From a virus (Duplodnaviria; Caudoviricetes): 52,216 nt of DNA. A model generated the notes under the pieces. The model was not told where the DNA came from. It was given only the letters and a program-made list of their open reading frames with translations, and did no database searches. Below, piece after piece: positions 36,649 through 47,202 of the stretch. The first letter of the stretch is position 1. Every line of letters begins with the position of its first letter. Made by a program: the position numbers and the translations under genes. The stretch covers positions 1 through 52,216 of IMG/VR virus record IMGVR_UViG_3300003177_000008. One strand, written 5' to 3'.

Positions 36649-38160
36649 ATGGATTTATGGGAGGCAATTAAAAAACCCTTTATTTCAGATACTTCAGATA
36701 TAAAGAAACCTTCTAGTGAGACTAGACCTGAGAATATCACTGTAGAGCTATCTGATGAATATACAGGAGTGGTAGCGTTTTCTTCAGAAGATTCGGGAAA
36801 AGGATTTAACTCTTATTCTGAAACTATGACACCTTTAGAGTATCAAAATAAAGTAATAAAAAAATATAGGGTATTAGCAGAACATTCTGATGTTAATTAT
36901 GCTATTGATATTTTAGTTAATGAGATGATCTTTTCTATAGATAATGATATACTAAAAATTAATGTATCTAATCAGAGTGATAAAATAAAAAAGAAAATTA
37001 TTGAAAAATTTAATAAAATTATAAAAACAGTTAATATAAAAGATAATATAGATATTATATGTAGACAACTATATACAGATGGTCAACTTAATATAGCTCT
37101 AATATATGACAAAAGTGAATTAAAATCAGGTATTAAGTCAGCTAAAATCCTAGAACCTTTTAATCTATTCTATGATAAATCTGATAAATTATGGAAGTTT
37201 GTAGAGAAAGAAAGTGATTCTTTATATTCAACTGAAATTAAATATGATGAAACATACTCTTCAGATGAACTAGTGCATGTAGATTTCAAGCTCTATAAAA
37301 ATATAACACTGAGCGAAGATGAAGTAACTAAAATTAATTATGGATATCTAGAGAGTGTTAGTAAGTATGCTAATCAACTAGATACTTTAGAATCTCTACT
37401 AGTTCCTTTAAGATATTCAAGATCTGTCTCTAGAAGGTTATTTAATATAGATGTAGCAGATCTTCCACCTAAAAAAGCTAAAGAATTAATGAATCAGATT
37501 AGAAATGAGTTTAAATATAAGAAAACATATGATACTACTAATGGTACTATTAAAAATATTAATGCTACTCAGCCTATAGTTGAAGACTACTGGTTATCTA
37601 ATAGAAATGGGGGTCGTGGGACTACCGTTGATACAATGGATGAGAAGGGTGCTCTAATGGATTTAGATGATATTATATTTATCTCTAAAAAACTTTTCAC
37701 CTCTTTAAAAATTCCTAGTAATCTCAACCCATATCTAGATGATATTGGAGATTTTAGTTATGATTCAGATACTGTTTCTGGAGATAATATGTCATTCTAT
37801 CTCTTTATAGATAAATTAAGAAAACCTGTAATATCTCTTATGAAGAGAATCTTAATGAGAGAGTTAATATATACGGGTGATATTACTGAACAAGAATGGT
37901 ATCAACTTGAAGATGATATAGAAATTGATTTTTCTAGTAAATCTCTATTTCTAGAGAATATGAAAAGAGATCTGTTCTTAAAAGGAATAGGAAATTTTCA
38001 GGATATTAAAGAGGATATAGGAAAAATAGTTTCATTAGAAACTGCATTAAAAACTACTCTTGGATGGTCTTCAGAAGATATAAGCGAGGAGCTAGAAAAA
38101 ATTAGAAAAGAAAAGGCTAACCCACTATACAATAATTTTTATAGTGATTCGGAATTTTAA
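36649..38160 (+). CDS. gp20: portal protein
   Basis: RRLFNIDVADLPPKKA, EDYWL..R.GGRGT.VDT. Confidence 0.93.
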   Translation: MDLWEAIKKPFISDTSDIKKPSSETRPENITVELSDEYTGVVAFSSEDSGKGFNSYSETMTPLEYQNKVIKKYRVLAEHSDVNYAIDILVNEMIFSIDNDILKINVSNQSDKIKKKIIEKFNKIIKTVNIKDNIDIICRQLYTDGQLNIALIYDKSELKSGIKSAKILEPFNLFYDKSDKLWKFVEKESDSLYSTEIKYDETYSSDELVHVDFKLYKNITLSEDEVTKINYGYLESVSKYANQLDTLESLLVPLRYSRSVSRRLFNIDVADLPPKKAKELMNQIRNEFKYKKTYDTTNGTIKNINATQPIVEDYWLSNRNGGRGTTVDTMDEKGALMDLDDIIFISKKLFTSLKIPSNLNPYLDDIGDFSYDSDTVSGDNMSFYLFIDKLRKPVISLMKRILMRELIYTGDITEQEWYQLEDDIEIDFSSKSLFLENMKRDLFLKGIGNFQDIKEDIGKIVSLETALKTTLGWSSEDISEELEKIRKEKANPLYNNFYSDSEF

Positions 38161-38201
38161 TCTTATAAATAAAAAATATATAACACTTAAAGGAAACTAA
38201 A

Positions 38202-38465
38202 ATGGATCAAGCAAATACTATGGATTTAATCAAATCTGCAGAAGAAAGAAAATATGTTAAATTTGAAGAACTAGCACTAGATACTCTTAAAGATAAGCTA
38301 GATAATCATCCTAAAGTACAGGAATTCAGAGATACCCTAAATTCTATCAGTGAAGCATCTAAAGACGAGGATGAAGATGGTGATGATGATACTACAGAAA
38401 AAGGTGATACTGATAAAGATGAGGATGAAGAGGAAGAAGAGGAAGAAGAGGAAAATAAGAAATAA
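38202..38465 (+). CDS. acidic prohead core protein (gp67-like)
   Basis: Position after portal; poly-acidic tail. Confidence 0.6.
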   Translation: MDQANTMDLIKSAEERKYVKFEELALDTLKDKLDNHPKVQEFRDTLNSISEASKDEDEDGDDDTTEKGDTDKDEDEEEEEEEEENKK

Positions 38466-38484
38466 TTCTTAAATAAGGAAAGTT

Positions 38485-39603
38485 ATGAAGTTAATTCTGG
38501 AAGAAAGCCTAGATATCGAAGCTGTAGTAGAGTTAAATGAAGCTACAGGAGAAAAAACATATGTTATTAAGGGTACTTTTAGCACCCCTGAACTTAAAAA
38601 CAGAAATGGTAGAATCTATCCGATGAAAATCTGGAAAGAGAATGTAGATAGATATCAAAGTGAAATCGAAAATAATACTCAAAATACTTTAATGGAAAAA
38701 GAACATCCTCCTAGAACTGAAGTAGACCCAACTAAGGCTGTTGCCAGAATTCGCAAGCTAGAAATTCGCAACGGTGTAGTATATGGAGAATCTGTAATTT
38801 TTAATAAACCTGAAACAGAGGATATAAGAGAAAGTATAGATAAAGGTCAAAAAGTAGGAGTATCTTCAAGAGGTGTAGGTAGGCTTAATGGTGATATAGT
38901 AGAAGAATTTAATCTTATTACATATGATATAGTAGCTAATCCATCAGATTGGAATGCTAGTTTAGATGGGTTTAATGAATCTTTAATCCTAGAAAGTGTA
39001 GAAATTGAAGCTGATGGACATGGAGGGTGGATATGTACTCCTTCAGGATGTACTCTAGTAGAGTCGAAAGATATTACTAAAGAAGTTGAAAAAAGACTTA
39101 AAAATGAACCTGTTATGATTACAGATGAGACTGGAAATGTTATTACTATTGAACATAAAGATGGTAAGTTTTTCTCTGGAGTAGATCAATATGGTAATGG
39201 TATAGAGTTAAAAGGACTTAAAGGATATATATTAGCAGAGTCTAAAAAAGAAACTCCTTGTACTAAGAAGGCTCTAGAACTAAAAGAAGCATTAGAAAAA
39301 ATTGCTAGATCTAAAGAACTAGAGAAACAACTTAAAGAAGAGAAGGAGCTTAAAGAAAAATTTAAGGTACTTACAGGTACAAAAGATAATCAAGACGTTT
39401 CAGAATCATATATGGAAGATGATATAAAAACTAAAAATATTATAGATTCATTAGAAAATATTCTTAAAGAAATTTTTTCTCTTAAAAAAGGATATAAAGA
39501 TCCTGTTTCTACTAAACATCTTAAAAAGGCTATGGGTGATATAACTCGAGCTTCAGATAGTATAGAATCCTTTTATGAGTATGAATTTGGAAAGGAGTAT
39601 TAA
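38485..39603 (+). CDS. gp21: prohead protease with C-terminal extension
   Basis: NRNGRIYP, EHP, GVSSRG.G, DIVANPS. Confidence 0.9.
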   Translation: MKLILEESLDIEAVVELNEATGEKTYVIKGTFSTPELKNRNGRIYPMKIWKENVDRYQSEIENNTQNTLMEKEHPPRTEVDPTKAVARIRKLEIRNGVVYGESVIFNKPETEDIRESIDKGQKVGVSSRGVGRLNGDIVEEFNLITYDIVANPSDWNASLDGFNESLILESVEIEADGHGGWICTPSGCTLVESKDITKEVEKRLKNEPVMITDETGNVITIEHKDGKFFSGVDQYGNGIELKGLKGYILAESKKETPCTKKALELKEALEKIARSKELEKQLKEEKELKEKFKVLTGTKDNQDVSESYMEDDIKTKNIIDSLENILKEIFSLKKGYKDPVSTKHLKKAMGDITRASDSIESFYEYEFGKEY

Positions 39604-39863
39604 TGTCCTTATTTAATTTTGAAGAAGTTTTTTCGGAAGCAGTTAAAAATGCTAAAGTACATGGGTATAAGGAATTTTATAAAAGTCCTCTTACTGAAGA
39701 GATAGTATGTTATGTAAACGAAAATAATGATATTTTCGATCTAAATAATAATATTATAGAGAATCAAAGTAGATATAGAGAGATGATAGAGTCATCTGCA
39801 CTTTTAAAAGTAAATAGATTAGATATATCTAAACCACTTTTATCGGAAATTGGATTTATATAA
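39603..39863 (+). CDS. hypothetical head-region protein
   Basis: ORF track; TAATG overlap. Confidence 0.6.
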   Translation: MSLFNFEEVFSEAVKNAKVHGYKEFYKSPLTEEIVCYVNENNDIFDLNNNIIENQSRYREMIESSALLKVNRLDISKPLLSEIGFI

Positions 39864-39955
39864 ATAAATATAATAATAAATATTAAGATAGAGTTGAAAA
39901 AGAGTGAAATCATCGATAGATGAGTCTTAATACACAAACAAAAAGGAATTCTCAG

Positions 39956-40684
39956 ATGAATGAATTATTTGAATCGTTAAGTATTGACGATAAAACAAAA
40001 GCTGAATTATCAGAGGCATTTGATAAGGCTGTTATGGCTAAATCTGTTGAACTAATGGAGTCTCATGTTCAAGAAAAAATTGAAGAGGCTAGAGTTGAGC
40101 TAGAAGAAGAATATAAAGAAAAGGTTGAGGATCTTGAGGAAACTCTAGACGGATATTTAACTTCTGTAGTTGAAGAGTTTGTTACTGAAAACGAAGTTAA
40201 GCATCAAAGAATTATTGAAGAGTCAAAAGTAGAAAAACTTTTAGAATCTTTTGATACAATGCTTAAAACTATGGGTGTTGAAATGTTAGAAATTCAAGAA
40301 GCTAAAAGCGAAAAAGAAATTCTAGAGGATGAAAATTCACTAGAAAATAGACTTTCTAGATTAGAAGATAAACTATCTGAAAAAGAACACGAACTTATCG
40401 AAGCTAGAAAAGAAGCTCAAGAATATCTTAGAGCTGGTATTATTGCAGAACTTTCAGAAGGACTTACTCTTACTGAAAAAGAAAAATTCGAAACTTTAGC
40501 TGATATGATTGAATTCTCTAAAGATGAGAAATATGTAAGTGCTCTAGAAACTATTAAAGAAAACTTAATTGATAATAGAGGTGATAGTATTCAGGAATCA
40601 GCAGAAGCATCTCTTCCTGCTAAAGCTTATAAAACTGAAGAAGTAGATGTAGCAGCTGCTACAGATTTTAGTAAATATATCTAA
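39956..40684 (+). CDS. gp22: prohead scaffold protein (start MNELFES)
   Basis: LDGYL..VVEEF..EN; SD before 39956; precedes the major capsid gene. Confidence 0.85.
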   Translation: MNELFESLSIDDKTKAELSEAFDKAVMAKSVELMESHVQEKIEEARVELEEEYKEKVEDLEETLDGYLTSVVEEFVTENEVKHQRIIEESKVEKLLESFDTMLKTMGVEMLEIQEAKSEKEILEDENSLENRLSRLEDKLSEKEHELIEARKEAQEYLRAGIIAELSEGLTLTEKEKFETLADMIEFSKDEKYVSALETIKENLIDNRGDSIQESAEASLPAKAYKTEEVDVAAATDFSKYI

Positions 40685-40821
40685 TATATAAATACTAAAA
40701 ACTTGAAAAGTAGAAGTGAAATAGAGCTGAAACAACAAGGGGTTGGCTTTTCAAGGAACTTCAATCTTTAGATTGAAAACAAAATAAAAATAAAACTAAA
40801 AATAAAAAAAAGGAATTTAAA

Positions 40822-42198
40822 ATGGCTGATTATAAAGCACTTTTAGAAAGTTCAAAATACGCTCCTCTTGGAGAATTTGAAAAAGGCACACTTGCTGCTA
40901 TTATGGAAAACACAGAAAAAGAAACTAAGCAAATGATTGCTGAAGGTACTATTTCTGCAGATATCGCTCAGTTTACACCATTCTTAATGCCAATGTTACG
41001 TAGAATTTATCCTACTCTTATTGCTAATGAATTACTTGGTGTTCAACCAATGTCAGGACCAACAGGTTTCATCTATAGTTTAACTAATCGTTTCGATGGT
41101 AATACTGCTAATGAAATTGATCCTAATATTCAAGCTCAAGTTCTTGACCTAAGTGCTGCTAAAGTTGTTGGAGATACTCTTACAGGTGCTACTTCAGGTG
41201 CTACTGGTACTGTTGTTTATGTTGAACCTGCTACACATGGTTTCGGACATGCTAATAAATTCGCTGGACGTGTTCTTGTTGAATTAAGTGCTGGTTCTGT
41301 TAAGTTTATTGCTGGTGAAGATGTAGATGGTGGTACTACAAGTACAACTGCTGTTTATTCTAATCAAGCTGCATGGCAAGCTATTCTTCCTAACTACTCT
41401 GGTACTTATACTACTGCTGAAGGTGAGGTAAGAGGTACAACTGGTAATGAAATGAATCAAGTTGGTATTGCAGTTGAAAGAAAACAAGTTGAGGCACGTA
41501 CTCGTAAACTTAGAGCTCAATATACAATTGAAATGTATCAAGATCTTAAATCTATGCATGGTGTTCTTGCTGATCAAGAACTTATGAGTCTTATGAACTA
41601 CGAAATCAAATCTGAAACTGACCGTGAAGTTGTTGATTTTGTTAATGCTAACGCTACTGCTCAATCTGACTTCGTTGTAGATGTATCAGGTGCTGGACGT
41701 TCAAGATGGGAAATTGAAGATTATCGTCTTCTTGCTACTAAACTTTCTGATATGAGTCGTGAAATTGGTAGATTAAATAAACGTGGAGCTGCTAACAAGT
41801 TACTTGTTTCTCCAAAAGTTCTTACTATGCTTGAGCAAATCGGTGGATACTATGCTTCTGATGTTGATTCAACTGTTAATCCACAAGCTGCTAATACAGC
41901 TGTAGCTGGTAGATTTGATAATAAATTCTCAGTTGTAGTTGATAACTATGCTAAATCTGATTATGCTACTCTTATCTATAAAGGTTCTAATCAAGATGCA
42001 CTTGGTGTTTGGGCGCCTTATACACCTGTTCAAATCCAAAAAGTAACTAATGTAGAAACTGGTCAACCAGCACTTATTGCTATGACACGTTATGGTCTTG
42101 CAACTAACCCTTGGGTAGATGATGCAGTCTCTATGGGTGAAGCTTCTCCATATGCTTCTACAATTGGTGTAGACTTCGCTAACTCAGTTCTTAAATAA
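40822..42198 (+). CDS. gp23: major capsid protein
   Basis: RRIYP.LIANE..GVQPMSGPTG, RTRKLRA.YT.E..QDL, TRYGL..NP. Confidence 0.95.
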   Translation: MADYKALLESSKYAPLGEFEKGTLAAIMENTEKETKQMIAEGTISADIAQFTPFLMPMLRRIYPTLIANELLGVQPMSGPTGFIYSLTNRFDGNTANEIDPNIQAQVLDLSAAKVVGDTLTGATSGATGTVVYVEPATHGFGHANKFAGRVLVELSAGSVKFIAGEDVDGGTTSTTAVYSNQAAWQAILPNYSGTYTTAEGEVRGTTGNEMNQVGIAVERKQVEARTRKLRAQYTIEMYQDLKSMHGVLADQELMSLMNYEIKSETDREVVDFVNANATAQSDFVVDVSGAGRSRWEIEDYRLLATKLSDMSREIGRLNKRGAANKLLVSPKVLTMLEQIGGYYASDVDSTVNPQAANTAVAGRFDNKFSVVVDNYAKSDYATLIYKGSNQDALGVWAPYTPVQIQKVTNVETGQPALIAMTRYGLATNPWVDDAVSMGEASPYASTIGVDFANSVLK

Positions 42199-42221
42199 GA
42201 ACTAGTTAGTATCTACTAACC

Positions 42222-42243
42222 TAAACCTCCTCCTGGAGGTTTA
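42222..42243 (+). terminator. terminator-like hairpin after the major capsid gene
   Basis: AAACCTCC-TCCT-GGAGGTTT; second hairpin at 42248-42278. Confidence 0.6.
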
Positions 42244-42328
42244 AATAGGCTTAAGAGTCTTCCTCCTCCTCTTAAGTCTACTTAAACTTCTTTAATTCTC
42301 TCTTAAGAAAAAAATCATATAATATTAT

Positions 42329-43730
42329 ATGAAGAAAAATTCTATAAAATCACTAAATATAACTGAAGAATATTTTAAAGAAATATATTTTAATAAATCC
42401 TATAAAGAGATCTGTAGTATGCTCGATATTACAGAGTATGGTATTACCACTATAGCTAAAGATTTAGGATTATCTAAAAAGAAAAAAATTACTTTAGAAA
42501 CTCTAGATCTAACAGAAGAAAAATTTAAAGAGTTATTTTATAGATACTCATATTACGAATTATCAAAAAAATTAAATGTAGGAGAACATATAATTCTTAA
42601 ATTAGCTAGAGAATTATCACTTAAAAAAGATAAGAAAAATATAGTTGATAAGGATAAGTTTATTGAACTATTTAACTCTCATACATATAAAGAAATGTCG
42701 GATATATTAGGCTTAAAAATAGGTACTATTTACAAAATTAAAGATGAATTAGGTATATATAAAGTAAAGAAGATAGATATAGATAATATAGATTCAGAAA
42801 AATTAGCTAAGGATATGAAAAATAAAACATGGAGTGAAATTTCAGAAGAATATAAACTTTGCGGAACCTCTCTTATAAAACTAGCAAAACATCTCAATCT
42901 TAAAAAACATATTAAGTACAATATGGAAGAAAAAATTAATTTCTAAAGAACTTGATATTTATTTTCCTGACTATAACTTTGCTATTGAATATAATGGAAG
43001 TTTATGGCATTCAAAAGGAACTACATTTCCCAATAATTTCGAAAAATTTGAAAACTATCATCTTTTGAAAAAAACAAAAGAATGTGAGCAAAATAATATT
43101 CAATTATATCATATATTCGATTACGAGTATAACGATGAAATAAAAAGGGATATATGGATATCCATGATAAGAAGCAAACTAGGATTATCTGATAGAATAT
43201 ATGCTAGAAAATGTATAATAAAAGAGATAGATACTAAAACATCTAAAGAATTTCTGAATGAAAATCATATGCAGGGTGGAAATGTTCCTAATAATTTAGC
43301 TTTTGGTCTATACTATAATAACGAGTTAGTATCCTTAATGACTTTTGGAAAATCTAGGTTTAATAAAAAATATGATTATGAATTATTAAGATTCTGTAAT
43401 AAGAAAAATACTACAGTTATTGGAGGAGCATCAAAGCTATTAAAGTACTTCACTAAAAATTATCCAGGTTCAGTAATATCTTATGCTAATCGTAGATGGT
43501 CTAACGGAAACTTATATGAAAAAATTGGATTTAAGAAAATAAATGAATCTAACCCTAATTATTTTTATATTAAAGATGGAAAAATATTTTCTAGAAATAG
43601 TTTTCAGAAACATAAACTAAAGAATAAATTAGAAAATTTTAACGAAGATCTATCTGAAGTACAGAATATGATGAATAATGGATATAGACAATTATTTGAT
43701 TGTGGGAATTTAGTATATGAATTAATATAA
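42329..43730 (+). pseudogene. Hef-like (Vsr/DUF559-type) homing endonuclease, disrupted near 42945
   Basis: HTH-like repeats, then out-of-frame KELDIYFPDYNFAIEYNGSLWHS continuing to IYARKC and DCGNLVY. Confidence 0.75.
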
Positions 43731-43745
43731 TACTATAAATATAAT

Positions 43746-44453
43746 ATGAAAGAAAATAAAATAATTGAATCATTTGATCTTAATATCTCAGATACAATAG
43801 GAATTAATAATTTAAAAGAGATATTTACTATAGATCCTTTTTATGATAATAATATATATAATGAATCTCTTCAGGCTCTCGAAAATAATAGAATAAAATA
43901 TGAGGAATTTATCCTACTTAAAAATCCCTATAACTTCTATCTTCGATTAGAAGATAAGAAACTTCCAGTAATGTTAAACTATGAAATGATTAGTAGGTCA
44001 AGGTGGGAATTCTTAGTTACAAAAGTTAGACCATTAGTACCTAGAGATATTTTAAAATTATATAGATTTAATAGAAGTGTATCATCTATTAAAGAATATA
44101 TAAACAATGATGTATTTTCTGAAGCTCTAAAATCTAAAACAACAATAGTATTTAATTATAAAAATAGAGAACAACTCACTAACCTTTCAAAAAAATATGG
44201 AAAAATTTATATTATAGGTAAATACTATAATACATTTAAATTGGCAATATGTTTTAATCCTGAGATTAAAAATGTTCTTCTACCCAATGATGTTTTAATC
44301 ACGCAAGGAGAACATAAGTTAGGAGAGTTGGAATTGAATATTAATAAGAATATTCTAAAATCTAAAGAGAAAATTATTAAGTACACGAGTACACCATATT
44401 TTAAAGATGGGAGGTTCTTTCCTACTTCTCCTGTATCTCCTATTAAGGTTTAG
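43746..44453 (+). CDS. hypothetical late protein
   Basis: TATAAATA at 43734, only 4 nt before the ATG. Confidence 0.65.
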   Translation: MKENKIIESFDLNISDTIGINNLKEIFTIDPFYDNNIYNESLQALENNRIKYEEFILLKNPYNFYLRLEDKKLPVMLNYEMISRSRWEFLVTKVRPLVPRDILKLYRFNRSVSSIKEYINNDVFSEALKSKTTIVFNYKNREQLTNLSKKYGKIYIIGKYYNTFKLAICFNPEIKNVLLPNDVLITQGEHKLGELELNINKNILKSKEKIIKYTSTPYFKDGRFFPTSPVSPIKV

Positions 44454-44455
44454 AA

Positions 44456-44971
44456 ATGAAGAATATATTTAAAACTGCTTCTAAAAAAGCTAAAGATTTT
44501 GTAAAAGATTTTAAAAAACTAGGAAGAAGTGCAAAAAAGAAATTCCTGAGAAAATTTCAAAAAGAGAATAAAACTAAAAAGGCCCCTAGTTCATTTAAGG
44601 AAGGAAACTTTTTATTCTTTAAATATAATGCAATCCATGAAGAACATAAATTTGATAGAAATCCCTTAATAATATGTTTAGGTAAATCTAGACAAAATCA
44701 AAAACATATTTTAGGATTAAATGTTCACTGGATGCCTGAGAATCAGAGAGTACTCTTAGCTTCTCTTATATCTGAAATAAAGAAGAGAAATAGTGGTAGA
44801 GTAGTCTATGAGGATATAAAACCTCTTATAAAAAGATTTGAAGGATCTCCTATCTTAAGAAGATATGCTATAAGAAGAATTTCTAATACTATCTTACAGA
44901 TGGATGACAATGAATACTTAGCGGCTGCTTCAATAAGCTTTCCAGAATGGTCTCAAATATCTGAAAGGTAA
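44456..44971 (+). CDS. gp2: DNA end protector-like protein
   Basis: FFKYNA..FDRNPLII...LGLNVHW.P..R; RRY. Confidence 0.75.
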   Translation: MKNIFKTASKKAKDFVKDFKKLGRSAKKKFLRKFQKENKTKKAPSSFKEGNFLFFKYNAIHEEHKFDRNPLIICLGKSRQNQKHILGLNVHWMPENQRVLLASLISEIKKRNSGRVVYEDIKPLIKRFEGSPILRRYAIRRISNTILQMDDNEYLAAASISFPEWSQISER

Positions 44972-44975
44972 ATAA

Positions 44976-45440
44976 ATGATTTCAAGAGCAAAAAGATTTC
45001 AAGCTAAAAGAAAAAGATATAGAACTAATAAAGAGGGTGGTAGAAGTCGTTTCGAAAGAGGTTTTTATCAGCCTATAAATGAGGACAAATATCGTAGACC
45101 TCTTAATAATTATATGAATAAACATGAATTTCCTGAGTATAGAAGTTCCTGGGAGAAAAAGTTTATGAAATACTGTGATCTTAATAAAGATATAGAGTAT
45201 TGGACTACTGAGCCCTTTGCTATTGAATATATATCTCCTAAAGATAATAAAAAACACAGATACTTTCCAGACTTTCTAATAAAATTTAAAGACGGAAAGA
45301 AGAGATTAATTGAGATCAAACCTGAAAATCAGTGGAATGATCCAATTAATATAGCTAAATGGAAATCAGCTGAAAAGTTTTGTAAATTTCATGAATTAGA
45401 ATTTGTAGTGCTTGGTGAAAAAGAACTAGGGATAAAATAA
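44976..45440 (+). CDS. gp4: head completion nuclease (TnsA-like)
   Basis: YRSSWE..FM..CD; HRYFPDF; IEIKP; N.AKW..A. Confidence 0.88.
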   Translation: MISRAKRFQAKRKRYRTNKEGGRSRFERGFYQPINEDKYRRPLNNYMNKHEFPEYRSSWEKKFMKYCDLNKDIEYWTTEPFAIEYISPKDNKKHRYFPDFLIKFKDGKKRLIEIKPENQWNDPINIAKWKSAEKFCKFHELEFVVLGEKELGIK

Positions 45441-45456
45441 AATTTTTATATAGAAA

Positions 45457-45687
45457 TTAATCTATAAAGATCGAACTTCCATCTATTTTATCTGTTTTAG
45501 CTACTTTAGCAGCAGTTTCAGCGTCTTTAGTATTAAAAAGCTTTACCTCTATCCCGAATCTAGTAGGAATAATTTGCTTAATCTTTACTTCTTTTCTAAT
45601 TTTTTCTAAGATATCTTCTGTATTAGAACTTTTTTCTATAATCTCTTCTTGCTTACTAGATTCTTTAAAGAATTTTTTAAAATTCAT
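45457..45687 (-). CDS. putative internal head protein
   Basis: Late promoter at 45707; N-terminus MNFKKFFKES. Confidence 0.65.
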   Translation of the reverse strand: MNFKKFFKESSKQEEIIEKSSNTEDILEKIRKEVKIKQIIPTRFGIEVKLFNTKDAETAAKVAKTDKIDGSSIFID

Positions 45688-45709
45688 AATAAACCTCTTT
45701 TATTTTTAT

Positions 45710-45997
45710 TTATATTAGTAAATGTGGTATAGAATTTTTTATTTTATTAGTAGCCTTATATATAAAATCATCTACATTCTCTATTTTATTAGTATTAATA
45801 GTAATACTTTTATTTTTTATACCAGCACTACTCCAAATTTCTACTACCATAAAAATATACTCTCTATAATATCCGTTAAAATTAATAAAAATTTTATCCT
45901 CTTCATCTTTAGATATCATTTGATTAATATTCTGCTCAATATTTAATGCTATTTTTATATAATCAGAATCCTTCGATAGTAATTTAGATATTTTCAT
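45710..45997 (-). CDS. hypothetical protein ending IPHLLI
   Basis: ORF track. Confidence 0.65.
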   Translation of the reverse strand: MKISKLLSKDSDYIKIALNIEQNINQMISKDEEDKIFINFNGYYREYIFMVVEIWSSAGIKNKSITINTNKIENVDDFIYKATNKIKNSIPHLLI

Positions 45998-46005
45998 ATA
46001 GATCC

Positions 46006-46221
46006 TTATATAATAAGAAAGGGATATTTTTTAGTCATTTCTTTCTCTATTATGTTTTTTTGTAGATTATAATTAACAACACTAACCACCTTTATTACTA
46101 TATGTGGCTTATAAAACTTTATACGTAAATGAGTAGCTAGATCTTGTTCTAATACTATATCTACCTCGACTTCTCTACCGGTTATATTTTTAATAAAATT
46201 TTTTATTTTATATGTAATCAT
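46006..46221 (-). CDS. hypothetical protein ending YPFLII
   Basis: ORF track. Confidence 0.65.
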   Translation of the reverse strand: MITYKIKNFIKNITGREVEVDIVLEQDLATHLRIKFYKPHIVIKVVSVVNYNLQKNIIEKEMTKKYPFLII

Positions 46222-46532
46222 ATTACTAGATTCGGTCTCAATCTTTGAATATTTTCATAAATTACTTGTTTTTTAATATTTGTTCCGGTTACATCAAATT
46301 TAATAGTATCATCAATATCTTTAAAATTTATAGTCATAATAAATACTCCAAGTCTGGTTAAATCCTCTACTATTTCTATAGAGTTTTTCAGACCTGTTAT
46401 AGATTCCACCTCCGATACTAACATAAAATACTCACTAAAAGCATAATCAATATCTAAAAATGTATCATCTGTCACCATCGCAGTACTTCTTCCATCCGCA
46501 GTAGTCACATAATTTTGTAATATGTTTTTCAA
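46218..46532 (-). CDS. hypothetical protein ending RPNLVI
   Basis: ORF track. Confidence 0.6.
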   Translation of the reverse strand: MKNILQNYVTTADGRSTAMVTDDTFLDIDYAFSEYFMLVSEVESITGLKNSIEIVEDLTRLGVFIMTINFKDIDDTIKFDVTGTNIKKQVIYENIQRLRPNLVI

Positions 46533-47202
46533 ACCTAGAATCTACTTCTATATTTCTAATATTTTTTAAAAGAAACTTTATATATGTATTAAGATTTTCT
46601 CTTTTCATTGTATAGGTGCTAAATGTTCCGTGTTCTACAAACACATACATTAACTCAATTTCATCTACAGGAAAGTTATGAAAATACCATGCTGCATAAT
46701 AAATTAATTGATCAGGTTTTTGAGCAAACTGTCCTGCAGATCTATCTTTCCCCGTTTTCCAGTCAATTATGAATACTTTATCTGTTTCTCTATCAACACA
46801 CACATAATCAATCTTACCCCTAAATACACAATCAGGATCTAAAAAATCGCAAGTTACTATATTTTTACTTTCTATTTTTAATCCTACATCTAATTCAGCA
46901 CCCAAAGGAAAATATGAAAATATTTTTTTACCTAATGGAGATTGTATAAAATCATTATAAATTCTTTTAGACTCTATTACAATTTCTTTTGGAATTTTTT
47001 CTTTTTTAATTTCCTTGAGAATTTTTTCTTTAGAAAATTTAGCAGTATGATTTTCTAAAAACAGGTGAGTACAAAAACCTTTCTTGAGAGGTGTATCATC
47101 CTGAGGCTCTCTAGGAATTTTATCAATGTAGCTGTACTTAAAAGATCTAGGACATTGATTCCAAAGAGCTATTCTAGAAGCTGAATATGGTGAGTATTTC
47201 AT
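46465..47202 (-). CDS. Cas4/RecB-like PD-(D/E)XK exonuclease
   Basis: QCP, GKID, IDWKTG, QL..Y, C-terminal CxxC.....C. Confidence 0.85.
   Translation of the reverse strand: MKYSPYSASRIALWNQCPRSFKYSYIDKIPREPQDDTPLKKGFCTHLFLENHTAKFSKEKILKEIKKEKIPKEIVIESKRIYNDFIQSPLGKKIFSYFPLGAELDVGLKIESKNIVTCDFLDPDCVFRGKIDYVCVDRETDKVFIIDWKTGKDRSAGQFAQKPDQLIYYAAWYFHNFPVDEIELMYVFVEHGTFSTYTMKRENLNTYIKFLLKNIRNIEVDSRFEKHITKLCDYCGWKKYCDGDR

Noticed and set aside
39920-39955. Upstream start codon for the scaffold gene
   Set aside because: The ATG at 39920 lies in a leader hairpin without an SD; the ATG at 39956 follows AAGGA.
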